Shown here in pieces: positions 1 through 8,853 of a stretch of 56,777 nucleotides of DNA (positions are counted from its first letter, which is position 1; each line of letters begins with the position of its first letter). The notes below the pieces were generated by a model. The model saw only the letters and a program-made list of their open reading frames with translations. It ran no database searches and was not told the DNA's origin. Location: assembly GCA_902797075.1 (NCBI GenBank), contig CADBRO010000189.1, forward strand, positions 1-56,777. Direction: 5' to 3'. The translations under genes and the position numbers were made by a program. The DNA is from an uncultured Lachnospiraceae bacterium. GTDB taxonomy: Bacteria; Bacillota; Clostridia; Lachnospirales; Lachnospiraceae.

Positions 1-99
1 GTGATCATCAAGGTCATACATGACCGGAGAAAAGATAAACGACTTGAAATGAGGAGAAAGGAGGAGCAGCAATGCGCGGAAAAAGACGAACAGCAGTGA
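1..99 (+). CDS. 3' end of an upstream gene (partial); basic tail after a hydrophobic stretch, possibly a sortase or other pilus-locus membrane protein
   Basis: Frame +1 is open from base 1 to TGA at 97-99 (VIIKVIHDRRKDKRLEMRRKEEQQCAEKDEQQ) and overlaps the next gene's start. Identity is only a guess from context. Confidence 0.3.
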   Translation: MIIKVIHDRRKDKRLEMRRKEEQQCAEKDEQQ

Positions 100-1184
100 T
101 GACAGCAGTGCTGCTTCTTGTCTTTCTGCTTGGCGCGCTGCGCTGCAGTGCCGAAGCTCCCGCCGGTTCGGGGGACGGCTCCATCCGGATATTGATGTCA
201 AATATCTATGTTCCGGGTGAGCAAGTTGCGGGAGTTAAATTCAAAATATACCGGGTCGCTGACGGATCGCCGTATGAGGGCGCCAGGACCTGCGGTATAC
301 TTGAGGGAAGCGGCATCTCCGCCGATGATCTGACACAGGCGGATTCGGGAGTGATCGCAAAGCTTTCAGAGCTGGCGGAAAATGGCGATGCGGAAGCCGC
401 CGCATCGGGCGAGACGGACGCTTCGGGGGAAGCAGCCGTATCGAACCTCCCGGATGGGATTTACTTTATTGTTCAGAACAACACGGAAGCAGATTTTGAG
501 CGGCTCGGTTATACGGCTTCATTTAAACCGTTCCTGGTCTACCTTCCGGCACAGAACTCCGACGGAAGCTTTACGCACAGCGTCGTGTGCAGGGCGAAGT
601 GCGAAAAGCAGAATCCGGAGCCGGAGACAGTTTCGATCAGTGTCGAAAAGCACTGGGAGGATGAAAACAACAAGTACGACACCCGTCCTGACAGCATCGA
701 CGCGGCACTTATGGATGACGGGAAAAAGGTCGAGCAGGTAACGTTAAGTCCCGAAAACAACTGGCATCATGAGTGGGACAATCTTGATCCCGATGTGAAG
801 TGGTCGGTCGATGAAGTAAATCTGCCGAATTACTACAAGAAGGACATCAAGGTAGATAAGAGCGGAAACCTGACGATCTACACGATCACGAACACGCTTC
901 TTCCGACGGAAGAAGGTAAGGTGACGCCGACGCCGACACCGCCTGTCACACCGGGAATCTCGCCGACACCGACACCGTCTGTTACGCCCGGAAATCCGGA
1001 TGAACCGGATGTGACTCCGTCGGGAGGCGGAGGAGGCGGCGGAAACGGTAATTCCGGATCCGGCGGCTCAAGAACATCACTCGTTAAGACCGGCGATTAT
1101 TCGGAAATCCGGTTCTTTACGGTACTGATGTTTGTATCGGCGGCTGTGATACTTGGTGTATCTCTTCGGAAAAAGAAGATGTAA
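72..1184 (+). CDS. Sortase-anchored surface protein with pilin-like (SpaA/prealbumin-type) and Cna B-type domains
   Basis: RBS AAGGAGG; signal peptide; Cna-B signature ISVEKHWED..RPDSI..VTLSPENNWHHEWDNL..ITNT; Pro/Thr linker; LPXTG-variant VKTGD followed by a TM helix and RKKKM tail. Confidence 0.85.
   Translation: MRGKRRTAVMTAVLLLVFLLGALRCSAEAPAGSGDGSIRILMSNIYVPGEQVAGVKFKIYRVADGSPYEGARTCGILEGSGISADDLTQADSGVIAKLSELAENGDAEAAASGETDASGEAAVSNLPDGIYFIVQNNTEADFERLGYTASFKPFLVYLPAQNSDGSFTHSVVCRAKCEKQNPEPETVSISVEKHWEDENNKYDTRPDSIDAALMDDGKKVEQVTLSPENNWHHEWDNLDPDVKWSVDEVNLPNYYKKDIKVDKSGNLTIYTITNTLLPTEEGKVTPTPTPPVTPGISPTPTPSVTPGNPDEPDVTPSGGGGGGGNGNSGSGGSRTSLVKTGDYSEIRFFTVLMFVSAAVILGVSLRKKKM
924..992 (+). 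repeat. Two imperfect in-frame repeats (36-nt period) encoding (T/S)PTPTP(P/S)VTPG stalk linker
   Basis: acgccgacgccgacaccgcctgtcacaccggga (924-956) vs tcgccgacaccgacaccgtctgttacgcccgga (960-992); a Gly-rich stretch follows downstream. Confidence 0.8.
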
Positions 1185-1288
1185 AAACAGCCGGTGATGT
1201 GTTAAAATTCACATTAAGTACGAAAAGCAACGTCCGCTGCGGGCATAAAAGCCTGCGGCGGGCGCTATGCTCGTTTAAGGGGAATTTT

Positions 1289-2500
1289 ATGGCATCACAG
1301 GGCAGGGAATTCCGCGTGCGCCTGTTCGGGAAGTTCGAAATATCGGACGGAGAGCGCACGTTGACCGACAATGATATAAATTCCGGTATGGTGACAAAGC
1401 TGGCGGCTCTTCTGATCGGGCACAGGGAAACCGGCTGTTCGTCGCATGATCTGATTGACGCGCTCTGGCCTGATGCGGACAGTAACAATCCGCAGGGCGC
1501 CTTAAAGAATCTGGTTTACAGGCTGAGAAAAAAGTTTTCACAGGTGTGGCCCGATACGGAATGTGTCCTCACAAGTCCTGGCGGATACATTTTAAATCCG
1601 GATATACCGCTCGCGCTTGATACGGATGAATTTACAGAAGCTCATAATGCTGCGGAAAGCGCTGCGGATGATGCCGGACGGGTACAGGCTCTTAAGAAGA
1701 TGATAGAGGTTTACAGGGGGCGTCTGCTTGCGGATTATTCGCCGGAACACTGGGTGATCCCTCTGCAGGCTTTTTATCATAATACCTGGCTGCGGGCGGC
1801 GCACACTCTTTCAGCGATTCTGGAAGCCGGGGAAAAATACGGAGAGGTTGTGGAGGTCTGTCAGAAAGCGGTTCTTATTGATCCGCACGACGAGCAGCTT
1901 CACTGCGGACTGATCCGGGGACTCATCGGTGAGAATCGTTTTCCGGAAGCGGAAGACCATTACAGGAAGGTTCTCAGGATCCTGTATAATGAAATCGGTG
2001 AGCAGCCGGGCGGAGAGCTCAGGCGTCTTTATGATCTGGTAATGCAGCAGCACCACAGGGAAGAACGCGATCTGGAAAAGATCGAGCGCGATCTCGCTGA
2101 AGGATCTGACAGCGGGCGGGCTTTTTTCTGCGTGTACGGCACATTTAAAAAAATCTATGAGCTTCAGAAGCGGCGCCTTGAACGCGAGGAAAAATCCATT
2201 GTTATCGCGCTTCTGTCTTTCAGCCAGTCGGCAAATGACGAAGGGATTTATCCGAAAACTGTCCGGGATATGGATATTCTCAGAAATGTTTTAAGTGAGT
2301 CGCTCCGAAGCGGAGATGTGATCACCCGTTACAGCAGCACCCAGTATTTGGTTATGCTTCCCGGATGCGGGGAAAAGGAAGCTGTTCCGATTATGGAAAG
2401 ACTTCTTAAGGACTACTATGCATCACCCGGCAGGAGCAGGGCAAAGGTCCGGTATACGATGAAGTGCCTGCTTGAGAAGCGGGAGGATAAAAGACAATGA
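1289..2500 (+). CDS. SARP-family transcriptional activator (wHTH + BTAD) with C-terminal degenerate GGDEF-like domain
   Basis: ATG 1289 after AAGGGG (ORF track starts 1199). VRLFGKFEI..LIDALWPD..ALKNLVYRLRK wHTH; YRGRLL..DPHDEQLH BTAD; C-terminal LRSGDVITRYSSTQYLVMLP resembles a GGDEF fold. Confidence 0.8.
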   Translation: MASQGREFRVRLFGKFEISDGERTLTDNDINSGMVTKLAALLIGHRETGCSSHDLIDALWPDADSNNPQGALKNLVYRLRKKFSQVWPDTECVLTSPGGYILNPDIPLALDTDEFTEAHNAAESAADDAGRVQALKKMIEVYRGRLLADYSPEHWVIPLQAFYHNTWLRAAHTLSAILEAGEKYGEVVEVCQKAVLIDPHDEQLHCGLIRGLIGENRFPEAEDHYRKVLRILYNEIGEQPGGELRRLYDLVMQQHHREERDLEKIERDLAEGSDSGRAFFCVYGTFKKIYELQKRRLEREEKSIVIALLSFSQSANDEGIYPKTVRDMDILRNVLSESLRSGDVITRYSSTQYLVMLPGCGEKEAVPIMERLLKDYYASPGRSRAKVRYTMKCLLEKREDKRQ

Positions 2501-4905
2501 GCTTTCAGGATGGCTTTCAGATTAAGATTTTTCAGGAATTCCGGCGGGAAGAAGCGGTGCTTCCTTTCTGCCAGATTTTTTATGCCGTTTCGGGAAGCTT
2601 TAGTCTTACTGTAAGAGGCAGGCAATACGGAATGAGGCAGGAAGATATTGTGCTCGTCAACGCCATGGAGCCTCACAGCGTTGAAACAACAGAAGAGGGG
2701 GCGCTCTTTGTCCTTGCGCTCGATCACTCGATTGCCGCCGGAATGCCGCTTGGTTTCGGTGACTTTTTTTTCCTTAATTCGGCGGAAAATCCGGAAAGAT
2801 CTTATGATGCCGTCCGCGGAATACTAAGAGAGCTGGTCTACTATGAGGTATCTCCCGAGCAGGGGCGGCCGCTGCTGGTGCGCAGCCGTATCTATGAGCT
2901 GCTCGATCTTCTGGTCAGCTCCTTCGGAACCCGCCAGGCGGCGGTAAAAGGAGAAAATCCTGTGCGTGCGGGTAAGGTCTCCGACGACGAAAAGCTTCAG
3001 AAAATATTTGCCTATGTAAGCGGACATTATCATGAAAATGCGGGACTTAAGGAAATCGCCGAGTCTATGTTTGTATCGGTGTCTGCCCTTTCGCGGTTTT
3101 TCCATCGTAAGACCGGGATGTATTACAACGAATACGTTACGGAGGTAAGACTCAGCCATGCCGCTGAGCTGCTCGCTTCCACAGAAAGAAGCGTTACGCG
3201 TATTGCCGGGGAGTGCGGGTTTTCGAATGCGTCCCTGTTTTCGAAGGTATTTCACGAGCATTACGGAAAGACCCCGCTTGAATTCAGAAATGCGGAGCGC
3301 AGCAGTAAAATTCCGACGAAAAACCTGAAGGAAATGCTGGGAACTGAGTTTGCTGCCTTTCAAAGTGCGCCGGATTCTGCGGAGAAATCCCGCAGGCGGG
3401 ACGATATACTGATCGATACGGCCGGCGCGGCAGCGGTCGGCAGGCCATTTTCGAAGGTTATCAATATCGGCTCCGTATCGTCGCTTGCGAGGGCGAACGT
3501 TCAGTTTCATATGATTTATCTGACGAAGGAACTGCATATATCCACGGTCAGAATCTGGTCACTGTTTACGAAAGATCTGAGAGTGACGGACGGTAAGACG
3601 ATCGGAGTCTACAATTATAACGCCATTGATACCGTGCTCGACGCTGTCGTGGAGCACGGGCTGCACGCCTGGCTGGATTTCGGCAACAGGCCTGACGTTG
3701 CGCTTCGGTCGTCCGAGGAAGCGGTATTTTTTGAAAATGTCGGCGTCGAGTTCCGGTCGAGGAGGGCGTGGGAAGCGCTGCTTGAGGACTTTATCGCGCA
3801 TCTTGCGGGACGCTATGGACAGGAGGAGCTCTCGCACTGGGTGTTTGACTTCTGCGAGGACGCGTCATTTCGGGGAACAAGCCGCTATTACGACAGTGAT
3901 GATTATGACTTTGCGGACGTATTTGAGCACGCATGGCATGTAATCCGGCGGCTGATTCCAGGCGCGAAGGTCGGGGGTCCTGTGGGACTTCCAAACAGCA
4001 GCAGCCGGGAACTTGAGAGATTTATTCGGGAAGCCGGGAAGAGAGGATGCATGCCGGACTTTTTGTCCGTGATATTATTTCCCTATCATCCGGTAGATGA
4101 CAAATCTACTTTCTTCCGGGATCCGGATCCGCTCTTTGAGGAGAATCAGCTGTCTGAGGTTAAATCTGTTCTGAAGGCGGCTCATGCAGATCGTCTTCCT
4201 GTCTGCGTCACTGACTGGAATTTGACGCTTTCGAACAGGAACGCCTTAAATGACAGCTGCTTCCGGGGCGTTTATTACTGCAGCCGGGCGTATTCCATGC
4301 TGCAGGATGTTGAAGCAGCCGGATGCTGGGTCGGAACCGACTGGATTTCAAGCCATTTTGATTCAAGGACGATTCTGAACGGCGGGGGAGGCATGCTTAC
4401 AAGAGACGGAATCAGGAAGCCGGCGTATTATGCGATGCTGTTTCTTTCAAGGCTTGGAAGCACACTCCTTTATTCGGACGACAATCTTATCGTAACAAGG
4501 AGAGATTCGGATAATTACATGATTCTTTCCTTTAACCGCGCGGCATTTCAGGCGGGATACTATATGACTAAGGAAGACGGAATCGGCCCGGACAGCTTCC
4601 GGCGGTTCCTTTCGATCGACGGTCCGCTTTCACGAACCGTGATGCTTTCCGGACTGGATGAAGGACGGGAGTATATTATCAAGGCGCGCAGTGTAAGTCC
4701 TCTTGCGGGAAGCATTCAGGACGAGTGGAAACAGCTTCGCTATGAGAGAGCCCTTGAGCGCGCCGATATCAAATATTTGCAGGAAATCTGCGTGCCGCGC
4801 ATGACCATGGAAAGAGAAAAGGTAACGGGAGGCAGGCTCAAAATCCGTCTGCATCTGCGGGAACTGGAATTCAGTCTCATTCATATTTATCCGGCGTCCA
4901 AATAG
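2497..4905 (+). CDS. AraC-family regulator fused to a GH39 beta-xylosidase-like domain
   Basis: N-terminal cupin; AraC HTH (SVTRIAGECGFSNASLFSKVFHEHYGKTPLEFR); GH39-like motifs YNYNAIDTVLD, KVGGP, VTDWN, GGGGMLTRDGIRKPAYYA; ATGA overlap with upstream gene. Confidence 0.85.
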   Translation: MSFQDGFQIKIFQEFRREEAVLPFCQIFYAVSGSFSLTVRGRQYGMRQEDIVLVNAMEPHSVETTEEGALFVLALDHSIAAGMPLGFGDFFFLNSAENPERSYDAVRGILRELVYYEVSPEQGRPLLVRSRIYELLDLLVSSFGTRQAAVKGENPVRAGKVSDDEKLQKIFAYVSGHYHENAGLKEIAESMFVSVSALSRFFHRKTGMYYNEYVTEVRLSHAAELLASTERSVTRIAGECGFSNASLFSKVFHEHYGKTPLEFRNAERSSKIPTKNLKEMLGTEFAAFQSAPDSAEKSRRRDDILIDTAGAAAVGRPFSKVINIGSVSSLARANVQFHMIYLTKELHISTVRIWSLFTKDLRVTDGKTIGVYNYNAIDTVLDAVVEHGLHAWLDFGNRPDVALRSSEEAVFFENVGVEFRSRRAWEALLEDFIAHLAGRYGQEELSHWVFDFCEDASFRGTSRYYDSDDYDFADVFEHAWHVIRRLIPGAKVGGPVGLPNSSSRELERFIREAGKRGCMPDFLSVILFPYHPVDDKSTFFRDPDPLFEENQLSEVKSVLKAAHADRLPVCVTDWNLTLSNRNALNDSCFRGVYYCSRAYSMLQDVEAAGCWVGTDWISSHFDSRTILNGGGGMLTRDGIRKPAYYAMLFLSRLGSTLLYSDDNLIVTRRDSDNYMILSFNRAAFQAGYYMTKEDGIGPDSFRRFLSIDGPLSRTVMLSGLDEGREYIIKARSVSPLAGSIQDEWKQLRYERALERADIKYLQEICVPRMTMEREKVTGGRLKIRLHLRELEFSLIHIYPASK

Positions 4906-4929
4906 AAAAACGCCAGGTTTAGAACTCTT

Positions 4930-5047
4930 AATGCAACAAAATGTATAAGATATTTGCACAAGCACCCGGCAAAACATTGCCGAATGCAACGAATGCCGTA
5001 AGTTGGTCAACCATATGACAGAAGAAAGTCTCTCCATATGATAATAT
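4930..5047 (+). promoter_or_regulatory. Putative activator-dependent promoter with two direct-repeat operator sites
   Basis: AATGCAAC-N8-TAAG at 4930 and 4983; weak -35 ATGACA (5015-5020) and -10 TATGAT (5037-5042) or TGnTAATAT (5039-5047). Confidence 0.45.
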
Positions 5048-5101
5048 TTGTTTATCGAAGAAACACTTCGGACAAATCTATTTCATTTCATGGAGGAGCT
5101 T

Positions 5102-6493
5102 ATGGCTAACACAACTGCAGTTCAGACAGAAAAGACCAACAAGCTGACTGCCTTCTGCTACGCCTTCGGCGAAGTAGGATCCCAGCTGTCCTGGTACATG
5201 ATCAACACCTATCTCACAATCTTCTATACAGACGTTGTGGGACTTACGGCGACGGCAATTTCTGCCATCATGCTGATCGCCCGTATCTGGGACGCGATCA
5301 ACGATCCGATGATGGGCGTTATCGCTGACAAGACCAATACGAGATGGGGCAAGTTCCGTCCGTGGCTTATGTTTGCCCCCATTTTCCTCGCAATTTTCAA
5401 TGTTCTGACATTCACGGTGTTCCCGGTAACCGGTATTGCGAAGGTGGCTCTCTGCCTCATCTGCTACATCGGCGCGGGTATGGCTTATACGGCCGTATGT
5501 ATCACTTACGGAGCGCTTGTTAACCTGATCGCGAGAGATTCACAGGTTCGTATGAATTACACCTCCGCAAGAGCGATCGGCGCTTCTGTTATCAAGATTA
5601 TCCTTTCCGCAGTCGCGATGCCGATGATCCTTTTCTTCGGAAAAAGCGATGCTCCGAATGCCCAGGGCTATTTCTGGACAGCAGTTGTCTGCTCGATCGC
5701 ACTTCTTCCCTGCTTCTGGCTGTGCGCCTGGAGATGCAAGGAGACTGTAAAGGTTGAGAAGCCGAACCTCGGCGGCGAGAAGCGTACGGTTCTTCAGAAC
5801 CTGGTACTTCTTTGCAAGAACAAAAACCTTATGATCACCGTATGGTGCGTGTTCCTCGGCGCCATCGCCATCATGGCACGTATGTCCATGCTGACCTATT
5901 ACGTCATCTATGTTGTAGGCAATCCGATGATGATCGCTCCGATGTTTACGACGATGACGATCACAGAGCTGATCGGCTGCACCGTGATGCCCTGGGGAAC
6001 AGCAAAGATGGGCAAGAGAAACTGGGTGCTTTTCCTTAACGTAATCATGGTCGCCGGCTTCCTCATCATGTTTGCTTTCCCGAATGCCGGAACAACCTTC
6101 CTGCTTGTGATCTGCGCGATTATCGGCTTCGGCAACTCCTGCGCGAACGTCTGTACCGGAATGCTTTCAGACTGCATCGAGTACGGCGATCTCAAGTACG
6201 GCATCCGTGAAGAAGGTATCACATATTCCTACATGAGCTTCGGCGTTAAGCTGGCTACGGCTGTCGGCGGTGCTGTCACGGTTCTCGCTCTCGGCGCAAT
6301 CGGATATGTTCCGAACGCAGAGCAGACAGAATCCGTAAAGCAGGGTATCAACATCATCGTAAACCTCGCTCCGGCGATTGCAGTTGTGCTTTCCGCTATT
6401 CCGCTTTTCTGGTATGACATTAACGGAAAAGAAAAGATGGATGCAATCTACGCTGCTCTTGCTGAAAGAGATGCTAAGAAAAATCAGGGCTGA
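5102..6493 (+). CDS. Glycoside-pentoside-hexuronide (GPH/MelB-like) cation symporter, MFS
   Basis: ATG 5102 after GGAGG; ARIWDAINDPMMGVIADKTNTRWGKFRPW signature; DCIEYG..REEG motif; about 12 TM segments. Confidence 0.9.
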   Translation: MANTTAVQTEKTNKLTAFCYAFGEVGSQLSWYMINTYLTIFYTDVVGLTATAISAIMLIARIWDAINDPMMGVIADKTNTRWGKFRPWLMFAPIFLAIFNVLTFTVFPVTGIAKVALCLICYIGAGMAYTAVCITYGALVNLIARDSQVRMNYTSARAIGASVIKIILSAVAMPMILFFGKSDAPNAQGYFWTAVVCSIALLPCFWLCAWRCKETVKVEKPNLGGEKRTVLQNLVLLCKNKNLMITVWCVFLGAIAIMARMSMLTYYVIYVVGNPMMIAPMFTTMTITELIGCTVMPWGTAKMGKRNWVLFLNVIMVAGFLIMFAFPNAGTTFLLVICAIIGFGNSCANVCTGMLSDCIEYGDLKYGIREEGITYSYMSFGVKLATAVGGAVTVLALGAIGYVPNAEQTESVKQGINIIVNLAPAIAVVLSAIPLFWYDINGKEKMDAIYAALAERDAKKNQG

Positions 6494-6511
6494 TAATAAA
6501 GGAGAAAGAAA

Positions 6512-7471
6512 ATGGCTAAAGTAGTAGCGATTTCCTTCGGAAGAAAGATGTCCAATACGGATGTCATGTTGAAAGAAGTTCTCAAGAAATGTGAAGAAGC
6601 AGGACACGAGATCCAGTTTGTACGCCCGGACGATCTCAACATCGGTCCCTGCACTGGATGCTGTGCCTGTGTAGCAGGAGTTATGTCCGGAAGATCAAAC
6701 GGTGAGTGCGTGATGCATAAGGACGACGATTTCCACATCGTGGAAGACGCGTTCTACTCAGCAGACGCGCTGATTATCGGATCCCCGGTCTACGAAACAT
6801 CTCCGAGCGGAACCTTCAAAACCTTCTGCGACAGAATCGGACCGTCCCATGACCTTGCTTTCCTTACGGAAGCAAAGAAGGAACGTCTTGCCCGCGACGG
6901 CGAGAATGCACTCCTTCCGGACGAAAGAGCCTTCAAACCCCGCGTAGGATGCCTTGTAGCTGTCGGCGGCGCAAGAACCGAAAACTGGACCATCATGACG
7001 ATCCCGGTTATGTATGAATGCATGATGTCTACCGGCGTCGACGTCATCGATACTCACGTTTACTACGGAGCGATGAACATCCAGCATGTTCTCGGAGTAC
7101 CGGAACAGATGGAGCGCATGGACAAAATGGCGGACCATATCATCGCGGCGCTTTCCGCAAAGGACGAGGAAGGCCGGACGATGTGGAGAGGCGAGACGGA
7201 AGGCGCATGCCCGGTATGCCATCAGAGCATGTTCAGGGTACATGAGGGATCTGACCGCGTTGAGTGCGCGATCTGCGGTATCGACGGAACAGTCGGTCTC
7301 GTTGATGGAAAAATCCACTACAGCTTCTCTCCGGAACAGCAGGCAAGAAGCCGCATGAAGTATGCCGGAAAGCTTGAGCACAGAAACGAGATCGCCGACG
7401 GAGCCATGACGCAGAAGAAGGTTGAGAATCTCGCGGAACTGAAGAAACCGTATCTTCATATCGGGGAATAA
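6512..7471 (+). CDS. Flavodoxin-like/NADPH-dependent FMN reductase family (iron-sulfur flavoprotein-like) with C-terminal Cys knuckle
   Basis: GRKMSNT phosphate loop, CTGCCAC..C cluster motif, ADALIIGSPVY, C-terminal CPVC..CAIC; RBS AAGGAG. Confidence 0.8.
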   Translation: MAKVVAISFGRKMSNTDVMLKEVLKKCEEAGHEIQFVRPDDLNIGPCTGCCACVAGVMSGRSNGECVMHKDDDFHIVEDAFYSADALIIGSPVYETSPSGTFKTFCDRIGPSHDLAFLTEAKKERLARDGENALLPDERAFKPRVGCLVAVGGARTENWTIMTIPVMYECMMSTGVDVIDTHVYYGAMNIQHVLGVPEQMERMDKMADHIIAALSAKDEEGRTMWRGETEGACPVCHQSMFRVHEGSDRVECAICGIDGTVGLVDGKIHYSFSPEQQARSRMKYAGKLEHRNEIADGAMTQKKVENLAELKKPYLHIGE

Positions 7472-7506
7472 TTCCCAGGAACAAAAACAGAATAGCGTCT
7501 GTATTG

Positions 7507-7539
7507 AACCCGCAGTGTGAAAACTCACTGCGGGTTTTT
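7507..7539 (+). terminator. Intrinsic terminator
   Basis: AACCCGCAGTG / CACTGCGGGTT stem followed by a T run. Confidence 0.8.
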
Positions 7540-7636
7540 CACACATATCAACAAAAACAGTGGAAAAGAATTTCACAAAATGCACAAATACTCAGACAAA
7601 TATAAGATTACAATGGTAAATGTGCATATAATTGCG

Positions 7637-7665
7637 TTGACTGGTGAGAAAAAATGTTATAAGAT
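7637..7665 (+). promoter_or_regulatory. sigma-A promoter of sugar ABC operon
   Basis: TTGACT-17 nt-TAAGAT in an AT-rich intergenic region. Confidence 0.6.
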
Positions 7666-7740
7666 TGATTTGGATGCAGATAGGGAATTGCGCGGTGTCA
7701 GAGGATGCCGTGCGGCAAAAGAAAGGAGTCGTGTAGTTCT

Positions 7741-8733
7741 ATGAAAAGAAAACTGGCATTCTTGATTGCACTTGCTATGGTTCTCAGTATGCTCACATTC
7801 AGTGCGGCAGTATCAGCCGATGAAGGCGGAAGTGACTATGAAATCGCTGTCGTCGTAAAGGTCGTTGGTATCGATTATTTCTCAGTATTTGAAAATGGCG
7901 TCAAGGAGTTTGCCGATGAATACGGCATCAACGCCTATGTCACCGGACCGTCTACGGCAGATGCCGCCGAACAGGTCAATATTATCGAGGACCTTATCAA
8001 TTCCGGCGTTGACGCGATCTGTGTCGTACCAAACGATGCGACAGTTCTTGAGAGCGTCCTTCAGAAAGCGCAGGAGAAGGGTATCGCAGTCGTCGTTACT
8101 GAATCACCGGATCAGGTTGGCGCTGACTACGACGTCGAGATGATCATCAATGACGCATTTGCTGAGCTGGTCGCGGAAGATGCGGCTGCGCACTGCGATG
8201 GAAAAGGCCAGTATGCGATCTATGTAGGCTCCCTTACGGTTCCGCTTCACAACGCATGGGCAGATCATGTAGAAGAATATCTCGCTGAGAAATATCCGGA
8301 TATGACACTCTGCACGGACCGCATCGCCTGCGGCGAGGATTCTGCGCTTGCCCGTGAAACTACACTTGACCTCCTTAAGACCTATGAAGATCTGAAGACA
8401 TTTATCTGCTTCGGAAGCCAGGGCCCGATCGGCGCGGCGGAAGCAGTTACTGAAGAAAACAAGATCGGTGAGATCACGGTCGTCGGAAATATTATTCCGA
8501 GCGAAGGCGCTACCTATCTTGAGAGCGGAGCGATCACAAACGGCTATCTGTGGGATCCGGCGGATTCCGGCTATGCTTGCTGCTACATCGCGAAGACCGT
8601 TCTTGACGGCGGAACAATTGACGAGAACTACACGATCCCGAACATGGGCGACATCGATCTTCAGGGAGCGACCCTCTGGATTGACAATCCGATTACGATC
8701 ACAGCAGAGAACTGGGAGAGCTTCGGATTCTGA
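7741..8733 (+). CDS. Sugar ABC transporter substrate-binding protein (LsrB/RhaS-like)
   Basis: ATG 7741 after AAAGGAG; signal peptide; VVKVVGIDYF, ADAAEQVNIIEDLINSGVDAICVVPND, LWDP motifs of type I periplasmic-binding-protein sugar SBPs. Confidence 0.85.
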   Translation: MKRKLAFLIALAMVLSMLTFSAAVSADEGGSDYEIAVVVKVVGIDYFSVFENGVKEFADEYGINAYVTGPSTADAAEQVNIIEDLINSGVDAICVVPNDATVLESVLQKAQEKGIAVVVTESPDQVGADYDVEMIINDAFAELVAEDAAAHCDGKGQYAIYVGSLTVPLHNAWADHVEEYLAEKYPDMTLCTDRIACGEDSALARETTLDLLKTYEDLKTFICFGSQGPIGAAEAVTEENKIGEITVVGNIIPSEGATYLESGAITNGYLWDPADSGYACCYIAKTVLDGGTIDENYTIPNMGDIDLQGATLWIDNPITITAENWESFGF

Positions 8734-8797
8734 TGCTCCGCAGCGCACCGGATTTGCGAAAATACGGATTTCAACAGTAACTGATCAATAATCTCTG

Positions 8798-8835
8798 GAA
8801 CGGAGTGGTTGCGGTCTGCCGCTTCCACTCCGTTC
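8798..8835 (+). other. Intercistronic stem-loop between SBP and ATPase genes
   Basis: GAACGGAGTGG / CCACTCCGTTC 11-bp stem, no T tract. Confidence 0.6.
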
Positions 8836-8853
8836 GCGCTAGAGGAATTAAGA

